The notes under the pieces are model-generated. The model did no database searches, had not been told where the DNA came from, and saw nothing but the letters and a program-made list of their open reading frames with translations. Below, piece by piece: positions 31,225 to 45,100 of a stretch of 64,000 nucleotides of DNA (position 1 is the first letter of the stretch; the number at the start of each line of letters is the position of its first letter). The DNA is from the human T2T-CHM13v2.0 reference genome, Homo sapiens, in NCBI RefSeq assembly GCF_009914755.1, contig NC_060928.1, one strand, 5' to 3'. A program made the translations under genes and the position numbers.

Positions 31225-33879
31225 ATGATGTTCCTTCTTCCTGGAGTGTCTACTCTGCTTAGAAGACTTCTAATTCTTTGGGCATTCCTTAATGAAATAT
31301 CATGACTTTTCCCATGGAAATGTCACTCCAAGCATGAGGTCCTCTCCTCCTCCAATCTACGGGGTTCATTTCCCCGCCTCCTCAGTCCCATGTGCATCCC
31401 TCTCTGGAGCACTCATCCTGTACTGTGTTTTATTTGTCCTCAAGCATATCTCCCTGACTCGACTGTGACTTACTCTTACTCATTTTTGTGGCCTCAGGAG
31501 TCTAACTATAAAAGTTTGTGGAAAAAAAAAATGTGATATTTTAATGAGTAAAGACCTCAGGTGGAAGCAGAGGCAAGACCAATACATTCACAGGACTTCT
31601 GTTTGGAGCATAACTTATAAACTACTTCTGATAGCTCTTAAGTGGTTACACCATGACATAATCAACCAAACCCTTTGTAACCATCTTTCAACCATGCCAG
31701 GGAGGTATTATACCAAACTTAAAATTAACCACTGGCATTTTAAGGCCATTTCTAACCGCAATGTGATATGCCATAGATTGAAAACATTGTCAAAGTTTTA
31801 AGTGTCCTCCTGGCCTTGGCTAGGAAAGACAAGTCACACCCTAAGTGCTGGGTTAGATGCCAACTTAGGGGAGTGATAGTATCTGCATGATTTCTAAATT
31901 CCAAAAACTAACACTTGTTTAACAAATCTGGCTAGGCTGTGTTGAGGTTAAAAGCAACTTGGCTACAATATTTATTTGTATTCCAGTATCTAAAAGTTCT
32001 TGCATTAAAAAGTAGAATAAAAAGTCCAAATTAAGCACAATTTAAAATGCCTCGAGTATTTAAATTGCAAGCCAAATAGGAATTGGATAAATTAAGGTCA
32101 CAGGGATTGGGGGATAGATCTATTTTTAAAGGGAGTAATTTGCTGTAAATGTCTAATGTCACCAACAACATCATACAGTCTAGAAATCTAAACACATGGA
32201 AATAAACCTAAAAATCACGTGCCTAGCAAGTGAGCTGCAAGAACCCAATAGTTAACTACAAAAGAGAAGAAATGATCACCTTTTTTTGTAACATGCCTAC
32301 AAAGTCTATTTTTTTCTTCATGAGCAGTAATAAAACCCCTTTTCAACCTAACTCCTGTTGTTTTTTTGAGTTTTAGGTTAGGGAAATGTGGACTTTTTGA
32401 AGCCAAGGGCAGTATGTAAGTAAGTCTTTGATTAAATTTCATCGTGTCTCTTAACACTGAGAAAATACTTAGGATTTGTACTTAGGATTTGTGGATCGAG
32501 AAGGGGGCCTATTGATCTGTATTAAACCTCACATTCACAAAAAGTAAACTGAGGCCTTGCTGCTTCCTCCAGGTCAGGAAGAACCCAAGGCTAAGGGGAG
32601 ACTCTAGCTACTTCTACTGGGGAATGTCACCTGAGGATATGAGACCTGCTGTTCAGGATAAGGTGTACATGCAGGCAGTACTTCATGAAAGATTTTAAAC
32701 TTGATGCATTTTTATAGAAAAGAGAAGCACAATTATTCAATATTTGTGTTGGAGTTTTCAAACTTATTTTTCTATAAATGTATTTAGAAATAAATTTAGG
32801 ATGAGTGAACATCACCAACCAGACTATTTGGCTAAAATGGGGGACTGCAGGTTCTAATTCATAAAAATGGTAATCATGTTGTTGCTACTGCTGTTGTCTG
32901 GATGTTTCAAGCCTTTCCTATTATTAAACCTCGGTTATGCAGCATCACAGGACAGAGCCAACTCTATACTGGGGGAAATCACCCCAGAGAGTATCCAGAA
33001 TTAGAGCTGGAGCCATCTCAGGCTTGCAAGCAAGCACCAACCTTAAAGCCTACCCACAACTCAATGAAAAGTCAATGCATTTCTAAAGTCTATTAAGGTC
33101 TATAAAGAATGTAAACAATTGTTTTGTAATAAGCTTAATGAATAAAACAACTGAACCCACTAAGTGGTACTTATAGAAAAGAGGCTTGAGAATTTAGCTT
33201 TAGTTAGCAGAACTAGTTCCCACTAGAACAGGATTGTTTATCTTGCCCCTATTAGATACAATAATCCTAATAGTGTTAATGGTACTAAATGTTTTAGGAA
33301 TAAACAACTGTAGAAACCACACTGGGACCTACAAATTGCACTTTCTGTGTAAGTAAAATGTCAGAAGAACTACACTGTTATAACTTATGGTCTCATGAAA
33401 AGACATTTTTTTCCATCTTGTATTTCATCTTGAAGGATTTTACTATGTTCAGCATAGTAGCAACTGAAAAAAATGTGTTTCATCTAGAAACAAAAGTGAG
33501 AAAACTACAAAAAACACTGAGCTTCTGCAATGCTCGGTTTCCAAGTTTTTAACATTAAATCGAAGATAACGCAAAATAAAGATTGCCACAGTAACCAAAC
33601 TTTTCTGCTAAGTATCCTTAAAAATAATGACAGTTCGATCGTATCTTAACTGTTTTCTACAATGTGAGCAGATAATACACCTACAAACCTTTTTTTGCTA
33701 CCTTGCTTTATAAAGCTTGCAAGTTTTTTTTTCAGGGCTGGAGAAGACAGCTTAATGATCAAGCTTAAAATAAATCGGTTCTGCAATCACTCTGTATTTT
33801 AATCCGATGAAGCACGTTTCCCCATTCCACGCCATGAAGCAATTCGATGTCAACTTGTTATGGAGTCAAATGCGACAAA

Positions 33880-34975
33880 CTCCGAGAGCTTCAGTAGCGA
33901 GGCGGCGGCTCGCAGCACCCACAGCCGCCCGCACTCCTGCGGCATCAGGACACGGCGCCCTCCCGACGCGGAACCCGCATTCACGTTCTCCGGAGCCCTG
34001 GCCAGCGCACGCTCCTCCCTGTCCGGGTAAACTGAGGCACAGCGATGAGAGAGATCCAGAGCCCAGCGAAAGCCCCCACGGCTGTTCGGCGTCCCCTTCC
34101 CCCACGACACCTAGGAGGCTCGCCGGCAGCTGGCAGTGGATTCCGCGCTCCTCGCCCTCGGAAGGTTACGGTTCGAGCCCGGGATGCGGCAGTCCCCAAA
34201 CGGCCAGCCCCCGCCCCGCACGGATCTCGAAGCATCCTGCGACCCCCTGGAGCCCGCTGCCCGGACCCTGCGGCGTCTCGCAGCGCAGCCTCCGCCGCAG
34301 TCTCAGCCAGCCCAAACACCCGAAAGTTCGGCGGCCCCGGCGCCGACTCGGCCGCCGACCCGGTGCGGGGCTGGCTCCCACCCGTGCCCCTCCGCCCCGG
34401 CCCGCCGGGGGCCCCCGCTAACCTGACACCGCCGCGCCACTCAGGTGGCCGCCGTGCACCCCTCGCCATGGCCAGCCCGACAGCGGCCGCTGCGCCGCAC
34501 TCTGCGCCGGACGCCCGGTAGCGCCTACTGCGGGCGAGCCGCCTCCGCCGGCGCCTCACAGCGTTGCGAGCTGCGCCGCCGGCTGCCGGGAGCGCGGAGC
34601 TTCCCACCTACAGGAGCCTGGGCCGGCCGGGGCCGAGCATGCCCAGTGCGGCTCGCCGGGCGGCGCGGAGGCGCGGGTGTAGCCGCCGGGTTTTCGCGGC
34701 AGCCGCGGGCGGGGGCAGCGGGGCGGGCGGTGCGGCGCGAGCCAGTCGGTGCTGCGGAGCGGCCCCGCGGAGGAGCCACCGGAGGCTGTAGTTGCCGGGG
34801 AGTCCCGCATTCAGTCCGCTCAGCCTCTGGGCCGGGCCTCGGCGGCCCCCAGAGCCCCACACCCGCAGGCCCAGGGCCTCCGCGGCAGCGCGGGACTCTC
34901 ACTCCGCTCTCTCTCCCGCCCGGGGCTTCCACCGCAACTTCTGTGGGCGTCGCATCGCACGCGTGTTCAAGGACA
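33880..34975. promoter_or_regulatory. CpG island, MFAP3L promoter
   Basis: Very GC-rich with dense unsuppressed CpG. Contains GC boxes (ggggcggg) and an E2F-like ttttcgcggc at 34691-34700. Confidence 0.92.
34423..34580 (-). other. MFAP3L: MFAP3L non-coding first exon (5' end approximate)
   Basis: Donor CAG|GTTAGC at 34423/34422 inside the CpG island. The TSS cannot be fixed from sequence alone. Confidence 0.7.
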
Positions 34976-35459
34976 CCCAGGAAAAGGCTTCTTAGGGTCC
35001 CATCCTGGGGCGCTAAATGGGAACCAGTCAACCCACCCCCAAGCCTACCCTGTCTCCTTGCAATCAAATGCAATCACGAGCAAACCACCTTGCTTCCCAA
35101 AGCTTCTCAGGCCTTCCCGGGCGACTGCGCTGTAAGTCTTAAACGTCTCTTAAAGCAAAGTCCACAGATGGAAGAGTCTGGAAAAAAACCCAGCGGGCCG
35201 TTCCCTGGTGACTTTCTGAGTGGTGGGGTTCCAGGAATTTTTTTTTCATTTTCTTTAAAAATATTATTTGTAATTTCCACGTTTTTTCTAATGAACCATA
35301 AGTTGATTTTTTAATTAAAAAGTAGAGTACTCTAAAATTATTAAGTACCTACAGAAGTTTCGCTATACGATCCTGCAATGTTAGTGGCTTCTTCTCCTCC
35401 TTATCTCCCTTTTTTTTTTTTTTTTTTTTAATTTTAAAAGAGAACAGAGACTCTCAATT

Positions 35460-35960
35460 TCTGGGGCGGGACCAGGCTCCTTCCCCCGGCTTTTTAGTGC
35501 CCGCCCTCTTGGCCACACCCCACTCCGGCCTTTTTACTCCCGTACCGCCCTCTTCCCGGTGGGTTGCTGCGAAAACCCGGAAAGGTGGACTTTCCACATT
35601 GACGCTCCCGGCGGCTCCGGCAGCCAGACTGGGCATGTTCCGCCGCCGGGTCAGGGACTGCTGTGCCAAGAGAGGAGCTTTAGCAACTCTCAGTCTCTCT
35701 GCTCCTCTCTGTTCCTGGCAAACTGGCAAAGTAGTGCCTCTGACCCCACGCCCCGAGGTCGGACCTGCAGAAGTGGGTCAGGACCCGACTGAGCATGCTC
35801 CGGGCAGTGCCAGGCTGCCGCACGCGGCTGCATCTGGTTGCCCAAGGTTGATGTAGCCGCGGTCTCTCGTCACGACATCGAAGCTCGGGAAACGGATGGA
35901 AGCAGGGCTCTAGAGAGGCACGATTGCATCGACACGTGGGCAGGTCGCCCATGCCAAGGG
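35460..35960. promoter_or_regulatory. Second CpG-rich block upstream of the island (possible alternative or divergent promoter)
   Basis: CpG-rich, with a GC box ggggcgggac near 35463, a CACCC box, ETS-like ccggaa and ggactttcc. An AT-rich spacer with poly-T separates it from the main island. Confidence 0.5.
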
Positions 35961-36987
35961 CCATGTTGGTGGGTGGGTGCGTGGGATCTGTCGTATGAGT
36001 GAGTCAAAGCCTGATTTTTTCCCCCAAAAAGATTGAAATGAGATATCATATTTTAACATTAGTTTTATGGCATCTTGAATAGCAACACATTTTAGCTCAA
36101 GGAATTTTTCAGCTGTCCTTTTGAGAAACGTAAATTTTCTTTGTTTTTAAGTATTTAATAAGCATTCTTTACAATTGCACCACAGCGCGAACTTTCCACC
36201 TGCTTTATTAATTATGACATTTGTGTCCCCACTATTAAAATATTCCGCAGTATTATATCCCGTTTTCTTCTCCAGCATTTCTGCATTCACTCTGACTCTA
36301 TTTCCTCCCCTCCCCCATCTCTTTTAAATTCTCAGACAACCTGCAAAATGCACTCTTGCTATCTTAGAAACCACTTGAGATCGGTGTGGGGAACTTGCTT
36401 TTAATTCTCATTTAGAGAAGACAGTACTGAAATGGAGAAAAGTCACAGGGAAAGTACTTTTACAGATTGTAGATTAGTAAAGAACCCAAAGAGAGCCTTT
36501 CATTGAGAGCAGAAAGGCGAATGGAATTCGCTGTTTTCTGTCTAAGGAGGAGGAGGATGGGCAGGCAGGTCAGCTGCCCAGTGGGGCTTGGTGTGATAGT
36601 GGGAGTCACCCTTCATTTGAACCTCTCTGCCTTGCCCAGCTCCAGTTCAGCTTCAGCGTGGTCAGAGACACTATCTCTATGGAAGGTCACTCCTGGAAGA
36701 ATACATTTACTTAGCTGCTTCCACCATGGAATCCTAGCTTGTGCTGGAGTGTCCCCTTCATCCTCCTCCTGTGCTTTGAGAATCCATTGTTGCTGGTATG
36801 CCCTGAGCAGTGCCCTTGAACTTGCCCAGGTACCCCTTGACATCCACACCACAAATAGTCTAGCCTTACAAAGGTGGACAAGATGTCTTTTCAACAGTCT
36901 GTACTGCCACTTCCATCCATCTGAAGCTTTCTGTTCCTGAGTCTGTCATGACATTAATCTTTCAAAAATCTTTCACAGAGATTTTTA

Positions 36988-37200
36988 GTCTCTACTAAAA
37001 ATACAAAACAATTAGCCAGGCATAGTGGTGTGTGCCTGTAGTCCCAGCTACTTGGGAGGCTGAGGCAAGAGAAGCGCTTGAATCTGGGAGGCAGACGTTG
37101 TAGTGAGCAGAGATTGCGCCACTGCACTTCAGCCTGAGCAACAGAGTCAGACTCCATCTCAAAAATAATAAATATATATATATACACACACACACACACA
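36988..37200 (+). mobile_element. 5'-truncated Alu followed by a (TA)n(CA)n microsatellite
   Basis: Starts at gtctctactaaaaatac, right arm complete, then atatatatatatacacacacaca. Confidence 0.9.
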
Positions 37201-40200
37201 AATAGTATGGATAAAGGGAAGACGCTGACCTATCAGAACAACTGCCTGATCAACCAGAAAGGATTCCAGAAATGAACACCTAGCATGGCCATGTGAGAAC
37301 ATACCAGCTAACACCCCTTTGACAGCGGCAATCATCAGAGAGGATGACAGCTCTCAGGAAGAAGAGACCACAGAACACCTACAATGGGGCGGTGCAAAGG
37401 ATGAGAATCTGGAGGAGGAGGATGAGAAGAAACAGGATGACCTGCAATTGCTCTTCTGCTTGTATTTACTAGCTTGGTTAGCGGGTACCCGTATCTTCTC
37501 AGTCACTTACATGATGAATCTGGGCGTTACCCTAGATTCATTCATCTGCCTTTCCCGTGTCATCCAGCTGGTCTCCTGGCATTATCTATCCTGTCCTTAT
37601 TCATTTCTGAACACCTCCCTTCCTTGCCTCATTGCCTGTCTTACTCCAGTCCCCATCATCTTCCTGATCAACCACAGAGCAACAGACTCCTAGATGGATC
37701 CTCTCTCTGTGTCCCCTCCAATCCATCCTCCATAGCTCCTCAGACTTTTCTTTTTAAGCCAATTGTATTACAATATGTCTGCTAAAGATCCTTAAGTGAA
37801 TTCATAATGCCTTCAGGATAAGGTCCAAACTTTAAGCATGAACTGGCTGCTGCCTTCCTTTCCAGATTAGTCTCCAGCCTGTGTCCCCTAATATCCCATA
37901 TCCTCACCAGTCCAAATTACCTGCCATGTGAATTCACACCTCCATATATCTGTTAGTTCTTTTGTCTCTCTTTCTCCTTTCTTCACCTGACAAACTGTTG
38001 AGCCTTGGAGATCCAGTTCAGGCAGGATGTCCTCTGATCTTCCCAAGGTGAATGCCTCTTGAGTACTTCACCTGTTTTCATTTGACACCTAACCTTGATT
38101 GATTTTTCTTTCATCTCCTCCGCTACACTGTAGGCAACCTGATCGCAAGGGCTGTGTCTCAGCCATCTTTGTGTCTTCGTTCTTAGTCTTCAATAGAATT
38201 TTACTTAATAAATAAATACTTAACATATGGACTGATATAATGTTTAAAGTTTATTAATTTAAAAAAAATGTTGCTGAGAATTATAAACAGATTGCAAAGA
38301 AAAAATGCCAGAACAGTCACATCATATGCAACCTGCTGAATGGTTATGCTCCTAACAATAAGTTAGGAGACTAAGATAATTGAGCTCTCAGATTTGACCT
38401 CCTTAAGCCCAATGAATTTTCTTCAGCTTCAGAAATCAGGAAGTATTTTGTGAACCAGTCTGATGTCCTTGTTTTATTGGTCTGTAACTGCATGAAGCCC
38501 AGCACTGTATTACTAATTAACCCACAAATTCCATTGTTCTTTATCACTGTATTTATTTCTTTCCACAACGTGGTAATAACCTTCTAATTATGTGGTTACT
38601 CCTTAGAATAGATTTAGTTTATTTTTTTCTGTTGAAAGCATGGCACCCCAGGAGGGCAGACTAGCCTTTTAGGAATTAGCATAATTTTTTACAGTTCTAT
38701 CAGCTCATAATGTCTGCTGGGGGCACCTGGTACTAACTATGGGCGAACTGATCACCAGCTTCAGGATCACCTGGTGGATGAAGTTTCCATTCCAGACCTC
38801 TGGATAGAGTAGTCCAAGAGGCAGTGATTTTTAACAAGTCCTCCTGGTGACTCTGCACACTCTATGTGAGAAACAGTTCTAAGTCACATGGATAAAAGGA
38901 AAAATAATAACTCTTGGTCAAAAACTTCAAGTAGCCCCTGTATTGGGTTTTCTTTGGCAGAGAGATCTATGTGGGTGGGAGAGGTATCTGCCCATTAATA
39001 AAAGTGTTGTTAATATCTGTGCTTCTTACATAGCCTTGGCTTATATTAGAGGGTCTGGAGAACATAGGAGAGTAACCCAGTAAAGTAGCTGCTTGTTTTT
39101 GCACTTGTTGAACAACATAGAGATTTTGCTTTGTAATCGATGCAGGCCCAATGGTACTCTCCAGTTTCTCCTTTCTATATTCTAACCCCTCCAACAGAGA
39201 GTGAGTGGAGCATTGGAGGTTTTGACCTAACACTCTTCCTGGAAGAGGACAATAAGAGGTGTATGATGCTACCTACATTAGGCTATCCCTTATTCCTGGG
39301 AGTTTGAAACAGCACAATTAGAAGGAGGGTTAGGGGAAGAATGAAAGAAACCCAGTACTTCTCTCTAGTCTTGTGATTTGCTGGTTGAGGAGAGCAAGGC
39401 CTCTTGAAAAGGCTGAGTCAATACAGTATTAGGAAAATATTCCCCTTCCTCATTCTGGGTTTGGACTCAGCATTGACATCGGTCCCTTGGAGGGGTGTGC
39501 ATGTGTGTGGGTTAAGTGGTTATCCAGCTGGAAGAATCAGGAGATCAAATGGCATGGCTGCAACTCACAGCGGCAGAAGACCCAGCGTGAAGGGTCGCAT
39601 CCTTCCTAGACCTCCCTCTGAGACCACACCAAAGCCCTTCCCTCCTGGAGAGTTTGCAGCTTGCCAGCTTGGGACACTAATGACCATCACAGCTGAGCCT
39701 CCCACCCCACCAGGGTTTCATTTTAGTCAGTAACTCAGATGTAGGGCCATGGATTATTGGCAGGAGAAAGGATGCATCTGGAACTTTGCCTCCTGTGTGT
39801 AGGGGTGGCATTTCTTGAAAGGTGGGTGGATATTTGCAGAGGAAGGTTAGAAAAGGAATGTCTTGGTGAGAGAAGTATGAAACAGAGCCCTGGAGACTCC
39901 AAGTATGGGGATGGCTGAGCTCTAGAGGGGACCCCTTTGTAAAGAATTTGACTTCACAGTTACTTTACTTTTGGATTCTGGAAAAGTCGTGACTTGTATT
40001 TAGCTTGGAGTTTGTTCTTCTTGTTCATAATTTCCTCAGGAAGGAAGGAAAGCCAGATATCCACTTTCCCACTATACAATGGAGGATGCTGGAGTTGGGT
40101 GACCCAGGGAAACAAATAAGCAAGGAAACAAACATCAGCAGTCAACATATGGGAAAACAAACACGCAAAGAAGCCAACATATTCTCCAAGAATGTGGCCC

Positions 40201-40477
40201 ACCAGGTGAATCCTTTGTCCCCAGGCTTGACAGGGAGGCTGCGCCACTCACCTCCAAATGCTGCTTAGAAGAGGAGGGCTCTCAAGCTCAGGGGAGGCTC
40301 TGGCAGCATCATTGTGATCTCAGTAGGAATAACTGTGACTTTGCTATTGCATGATGAGAAATCCAAATGAAGCTCATGAAGTCGACTGTAATTTTCTAGG
40401 CTGGTGACTTTCATGGCTCTCCTTTTTTGAGTAGTTGTTTACTAGAATTAAGAGAGAAGAAACAGAATTCTGTATTT

Positions 40478-40795
40478 TATCTTTTTATTTATTTATTTAT
40501 TTATTTTTTTGAGACAGGGTCTCGCTCTGTTGCCCATGCTGGAGTGCAGTGGTGCAACCATGGCTCACTGCAGCCTCAAACTCCTGGACTCAGGCAATCC
40601 TCCCACCTGAACAACCTGAGTAGCTGGAACTACAGGTGCACACTGTCATGCCTGGCTAATTTTCCAATTTTTTGTAGAGATGGGTGTCTTGCTATGTTCC
40701 CCAGGCTGGTCTCCATCTCCTGCCTCAAGTGATCCTCCCACCTTGGCCTCCCAAAGTACTCCTGGGATTAGAGGCATGGGCTACAACATCCAGCC
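40478..40795 (-). mobile_element. Alu (AluJ-like)
   Basis: (TTTA)n tail followed by an antisense dimer. Confidence 0.92.
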
Positions 40796-42060
40796 TTGTC
40801 TTTTTATCTTTTGGATAGTCATGACACCAAAAATCCTGGTGTGGGCACCGTGGCTCCTTTGAGGGCAGAGGCTGAGGAGAAGCCCCAAGATATGGCCAAG
40901 GCCAGGAGGGATGAGGCTGAGGTGGATGGTAGAGGTGTACAAAGGCCTTTGTAGTGGTGTCTGGGGGACTTACAGAGACAAGAATGGGGAGAATGAGATG
41001 CTGGCTTGACAGTAGGTGGAGCAAGCTGGCTTTCATTTGGTAAGATTTGAAGGACCCTGGAAGGCTAAGCAGGCTTGCTTTATATGGGTATCTCGCTTCT
41101 CTTCTTGGGACCTCCCCACTGCTAAGTGAGGCTTTGCTAGAGCATGGAGCCAGCTACCCAAAGCCTGGGTCCCACCGTGAGAGGCCTCACAGTGGGGAGC
41201 CCAAAGGCCCAGGCCATGTGCAAGTAGATTGTCACAATGGGAAAGTGTGTTTGACACTAAAGTCTACTTTAGATGATGTCACAATTTTGACTTGATTCAA
41301 CCCCAGAAATGAAGTTCCTAACAAATTGGACCTTTTTTATTCCCCATGATAAGAGGCCAAATGCTGTCACCTTCAGTATGATGCTGGCTCTGTCTTCCCC
41401 AAATAATAAATATTATTTCTATCCTTCATTCCAGGAATGATTGGCTGGTTTGTTTTGTTCTCGATCATGGATAAATATGCTCCTCAATAGCTTTTCTTTA
41501 TTTATGCATTATGTGGAACATATGTCATAACTGCAGTTATCCAGCTGAGGAAGTAGGTTTCTTTATTTGGACCTAATTTCTTAAGAAATTATGTTTCTTT
41601 TATGATATTCAGGCATTTATAAGCTCTGCAGCTTTTCTTTAGAAGTCTTTTTGGTCTAATCTAGTAAAGTTTCTGGCACACAAGAGATGCCAATACATTT
41701 TGTTGAATTATCTGCTGGAAGTTGCAGGAAGAACCTCATGCTGGAGAATCCTGGAGGAAGGCATTTTAAAATACAGGCAACCATCAGTCCAGTTGGTTGG
41801 TCTGAAATATCATTCAGACTTTGGCCTTAAGTCTATTTGGTATTGATTCTGCTTTTCTCTCTGGTGACATGTTTCAGATCTGTTACCAACATGTTTCTCC
41901 CTGACTTCAGTCAGCCAGCAAAAAGACAAAATTGATTAATCCATGATGAATGTATGGCCAAATGTATGGATGACCTTGAAGCAGCGGCTGTTTTTTCAGC
42001 ATCATGGTTTATGGGCTGTCTCATCATAGGTGGGCATTTCTTCTGCTAATTGCAAAGAGT

Positions 42061-42151
42061 CTTCCTTGCTGCTAAATCCAATGAACCCTCCTTGCTGCTA
42101 GTTCCAATGAGCCTTCCTCGCTGCTAGTTCCAATGAGACTTCCTTGCTGCT
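42061..42151. repeat. 26-bp minisatellite, ~3.5 copies
   Basis: Unit c(t/c)tcct(t/c)gctgcta(aa/gt)tccaatga.. starting at 42061, 42087, 42113 and 42139. Confidence 0.9.
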
Positions 42152-45100
42152 TTAATAGGAATTTTAAAAGCATGTTGAAATGAACCATCCCTAACATTTG
42201 AAGAATGTTGTCATTGTGTTTGTGAATGAACTGGGACAGTTTCCTAAAATGAATAGAAATTACAACTTGCTGCTCAGAAGTATGGAGCGTAGGGTAAGAA
42301 GGGCAGCTAAGAATTTCAAATAAGCATATTGATGTGGGTTAGCAGTGACGGGGAGAGAGAGAAAGTGGAGTATAAAAGGACCCTGCAGATCTCTGTCAAT
42401 GTGATTGATTTCAGTGATGTATACTGCTGTGTGTGTATGTGCTTTTGGCCTGTAGTACTAATTACTGAAAATGGACTAAGATTAAAAAGGGAATTGCCAG
42501 ATGCCTTTAGGAATCTTGGGCTGTTATATGAATATTATATTTAATTATATTAAAAGTCAACTATAGCTTATTGCCCATAAGAGACAAGGTAGGTAATGAG
42601 TTTACTCTGAGCACAACTGTTGGTTATCACTTAGCCATTAACCAGCCTGTGATTCGCCTAGCGCCAGCTCCCTGTTCTGAGGGCACCAGAAAAGCGGGAG
42701 AACCAAAGACAGCTCTAAAAAGGTCAGTATTACAAAAGAGTACCAAAATTGTCATCACAGGACAATCATGTTCCTCCACCCTGCCTTACACTCATTTTAC
42801 AGCTTGGACTTGTTTGTGCATTGACTGCCTACTTGTTTTGGTACTTGGAAGCTTCAGGTTCTAAATGTCTTAATCTGGTTTTCTGTCTCTACCTCTTGTT
42901 TTTGCTCACATTTACTCTCTGCTACTTATTTTTCTTGAGAGCATTATTTGCCCTCTTTCATAATGTTATGGGAAGACTTATGGGAAAATGAGGAACCAAA
43001 ACCATTTCTAGAAGCATCCAAAAGACTTCTCAGATGTAAGCCACGTTGTAGCCTCCAACGGCCTTCCTGTCAGCCTGACTTCCAGGACAGTTTTCAAAGG
43101 CTACAGGCATAAATGGTTGATTATTTCCTATAAGACGCTGGCTCAGGCATAGGTTTGCTTTAAATAGCAGTTGTTGTCTAACCTAAGGCATTAGACATAA
43201 GATATGATACACAAGTCAGGAACACATAAGTTACATAATTCAAGGATCTCTGGCTCTTTGACTCACCATGAATATACCATTAGTTTATCTGTGAGATCAA
43301 CCTACATTTAAGTGTTAATGTAGGTTGCATTTAAGTGTTAAGAAACCAATATTGTCTGCTTCAAAGAGGCTGCTGTATTTCCAACTCCCTTTTAAGGTGT
43401 CCTTGCTTAACCTCCTCAGCTTCCCCTAAAGTTCCTCTGCCTCTGGCTCCATCAGGGTCTCACTTCCTGAAGGAGAAGGCCATGGTCTGAGTATACCTTT
43501 CTGTAAGCAGTGCCTGGGGGCCCAGAAGCTGAGAAGCAGCCCAGGAGGATGGAGACCTACTCAGTGCTCAAGGTCACCTTTGGTCAGGAGTGTCCTACCC
43601 TGCTTCATGTACCAGCCACTTCCTGGCCCCTGTCCTTGGTCACCAGGGTTGAGGATGATGGAAGAATGTGGTGATCATTCACCACTGCCCTTAGCTACCC
43701 AATGGCCTCCCAGCCCTTCCTGATGGCAGAAGAGGTTGAAGCCTGGGGTTGGGGCTGAAAGGACTCTTCCACTGTCCTCTTCTTGTCCCTGCTTCCCCAA
43801 GCATGGGCTGCGGGCTTGCTAGTTTCTTGCCAGTTTCTTCAGGCACTGTTACACCTGCCCCAGTTTTATTCAAGATACCTTGGGTGTTATGGATGACCCC
43901 TGGGGATTTCCTCAGAATCCCCTAAAATCTAGTCCACCTGTCAGAATTGCAGCTCTGTCTGGGGTTGCAGTAAGAGCAAGCAGTTGCTTGAAAGAGGCCT
44001 GGGGGTGGGACCATGGAATGACAAGAAACAGAATTTAAGAAGCAGGTAGGTATGTCTTCATTTTATACTCTTGTCAACCGAGTGTAACTTTTTAATGGAA
44101 TCAGTATATTTAATATAAACAAATGCATATTGATTGTTTTGGGGAGAGAGTGTTTTTCATTTGTTGCATTAACTCTCAGACTGTATCATTCTAGACATTA
44201 AGATGACTACACATCACCACCGTGTCACTGAAGTGGTAAATTGGGAAATATTGTATGAGCTTCAGTACGATTTGCTCTTAATGTCACCATGAGAAATTAG
44301 CCATATGATTCATGCATTTTAGAATGGATTAGATTCAATATTTCAGACCAGTGAAACAAGTATTGTGAATAAGTGGGGAAATCTAGTCCATTGCCTACAT
44401 TTTAATTCATTATAAAATAAATAGGCCAGATTTGTCTAACAGTTTAGGAACACTGCATAATTGGTAGTGACAGTTCATTTACGAAAGAACTAGAATGTCT
44501 TTTTTTTTAAGCCATAAAATAAATTGGACAGTGACTCTTATCCCATGATTTATTTATGGTGGAAGATTAATAAAAACATTAAGCATGATGAATGTATTTT
44601 CAGTGACAGGATTACAGCAAAAAAAAAAAATACTAGCAACAATAAAAATAAAATGAATTTTACATTTTTAATCAGTCTGAAGAATTTTGCTGCACAACAA
44701 AATAAGTGATATTATTTTTATCACTCACATTAAAATTGTTTTATTATGCAAACTCTATTGACGTGCATTGCCCATCTTCCCAAACTAGGGCTAAAGCCCC
44801 TTGAGAACAAAGGACTCATCTCATGTTCTTGCATCTGTTGTATCCTGGTATTGTCCTACACATAAAGGTATTGCTGAGTGCCTGTTAATGAAAACATAAA
44901 CTTACTATTGATTTATAATTATACAGTTTTCAAATAAACTCTTCTATATTAGGAACTAGATATGTGAAAGAAAGGCAATGATTTCATTTTGAGTAGCTGT
45001 TCACCTAAAAAGAAAAAAGAAAAGATTATTTGGTTAGAAGCCAGTTGGTATTCACGGAAGTGGCTTTCTCATGGAGGTTTAGGTTCCAAAGTTAGTACAT

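Noticed and set aside
32466-32491. 13-bp tandem duplication (tacttaggatttg twice), with a similar 11-bp one near 46019
   Set aside because: Ordinary slippage duplications.
33807-35314. Long overlapping ORFs (158-289 aa) on both strands
   Set aside because: They lie in the CpG island, where stop codons are scarce. The products are Arg/Pro/Ala/Gly-rich with no recognisable domain.
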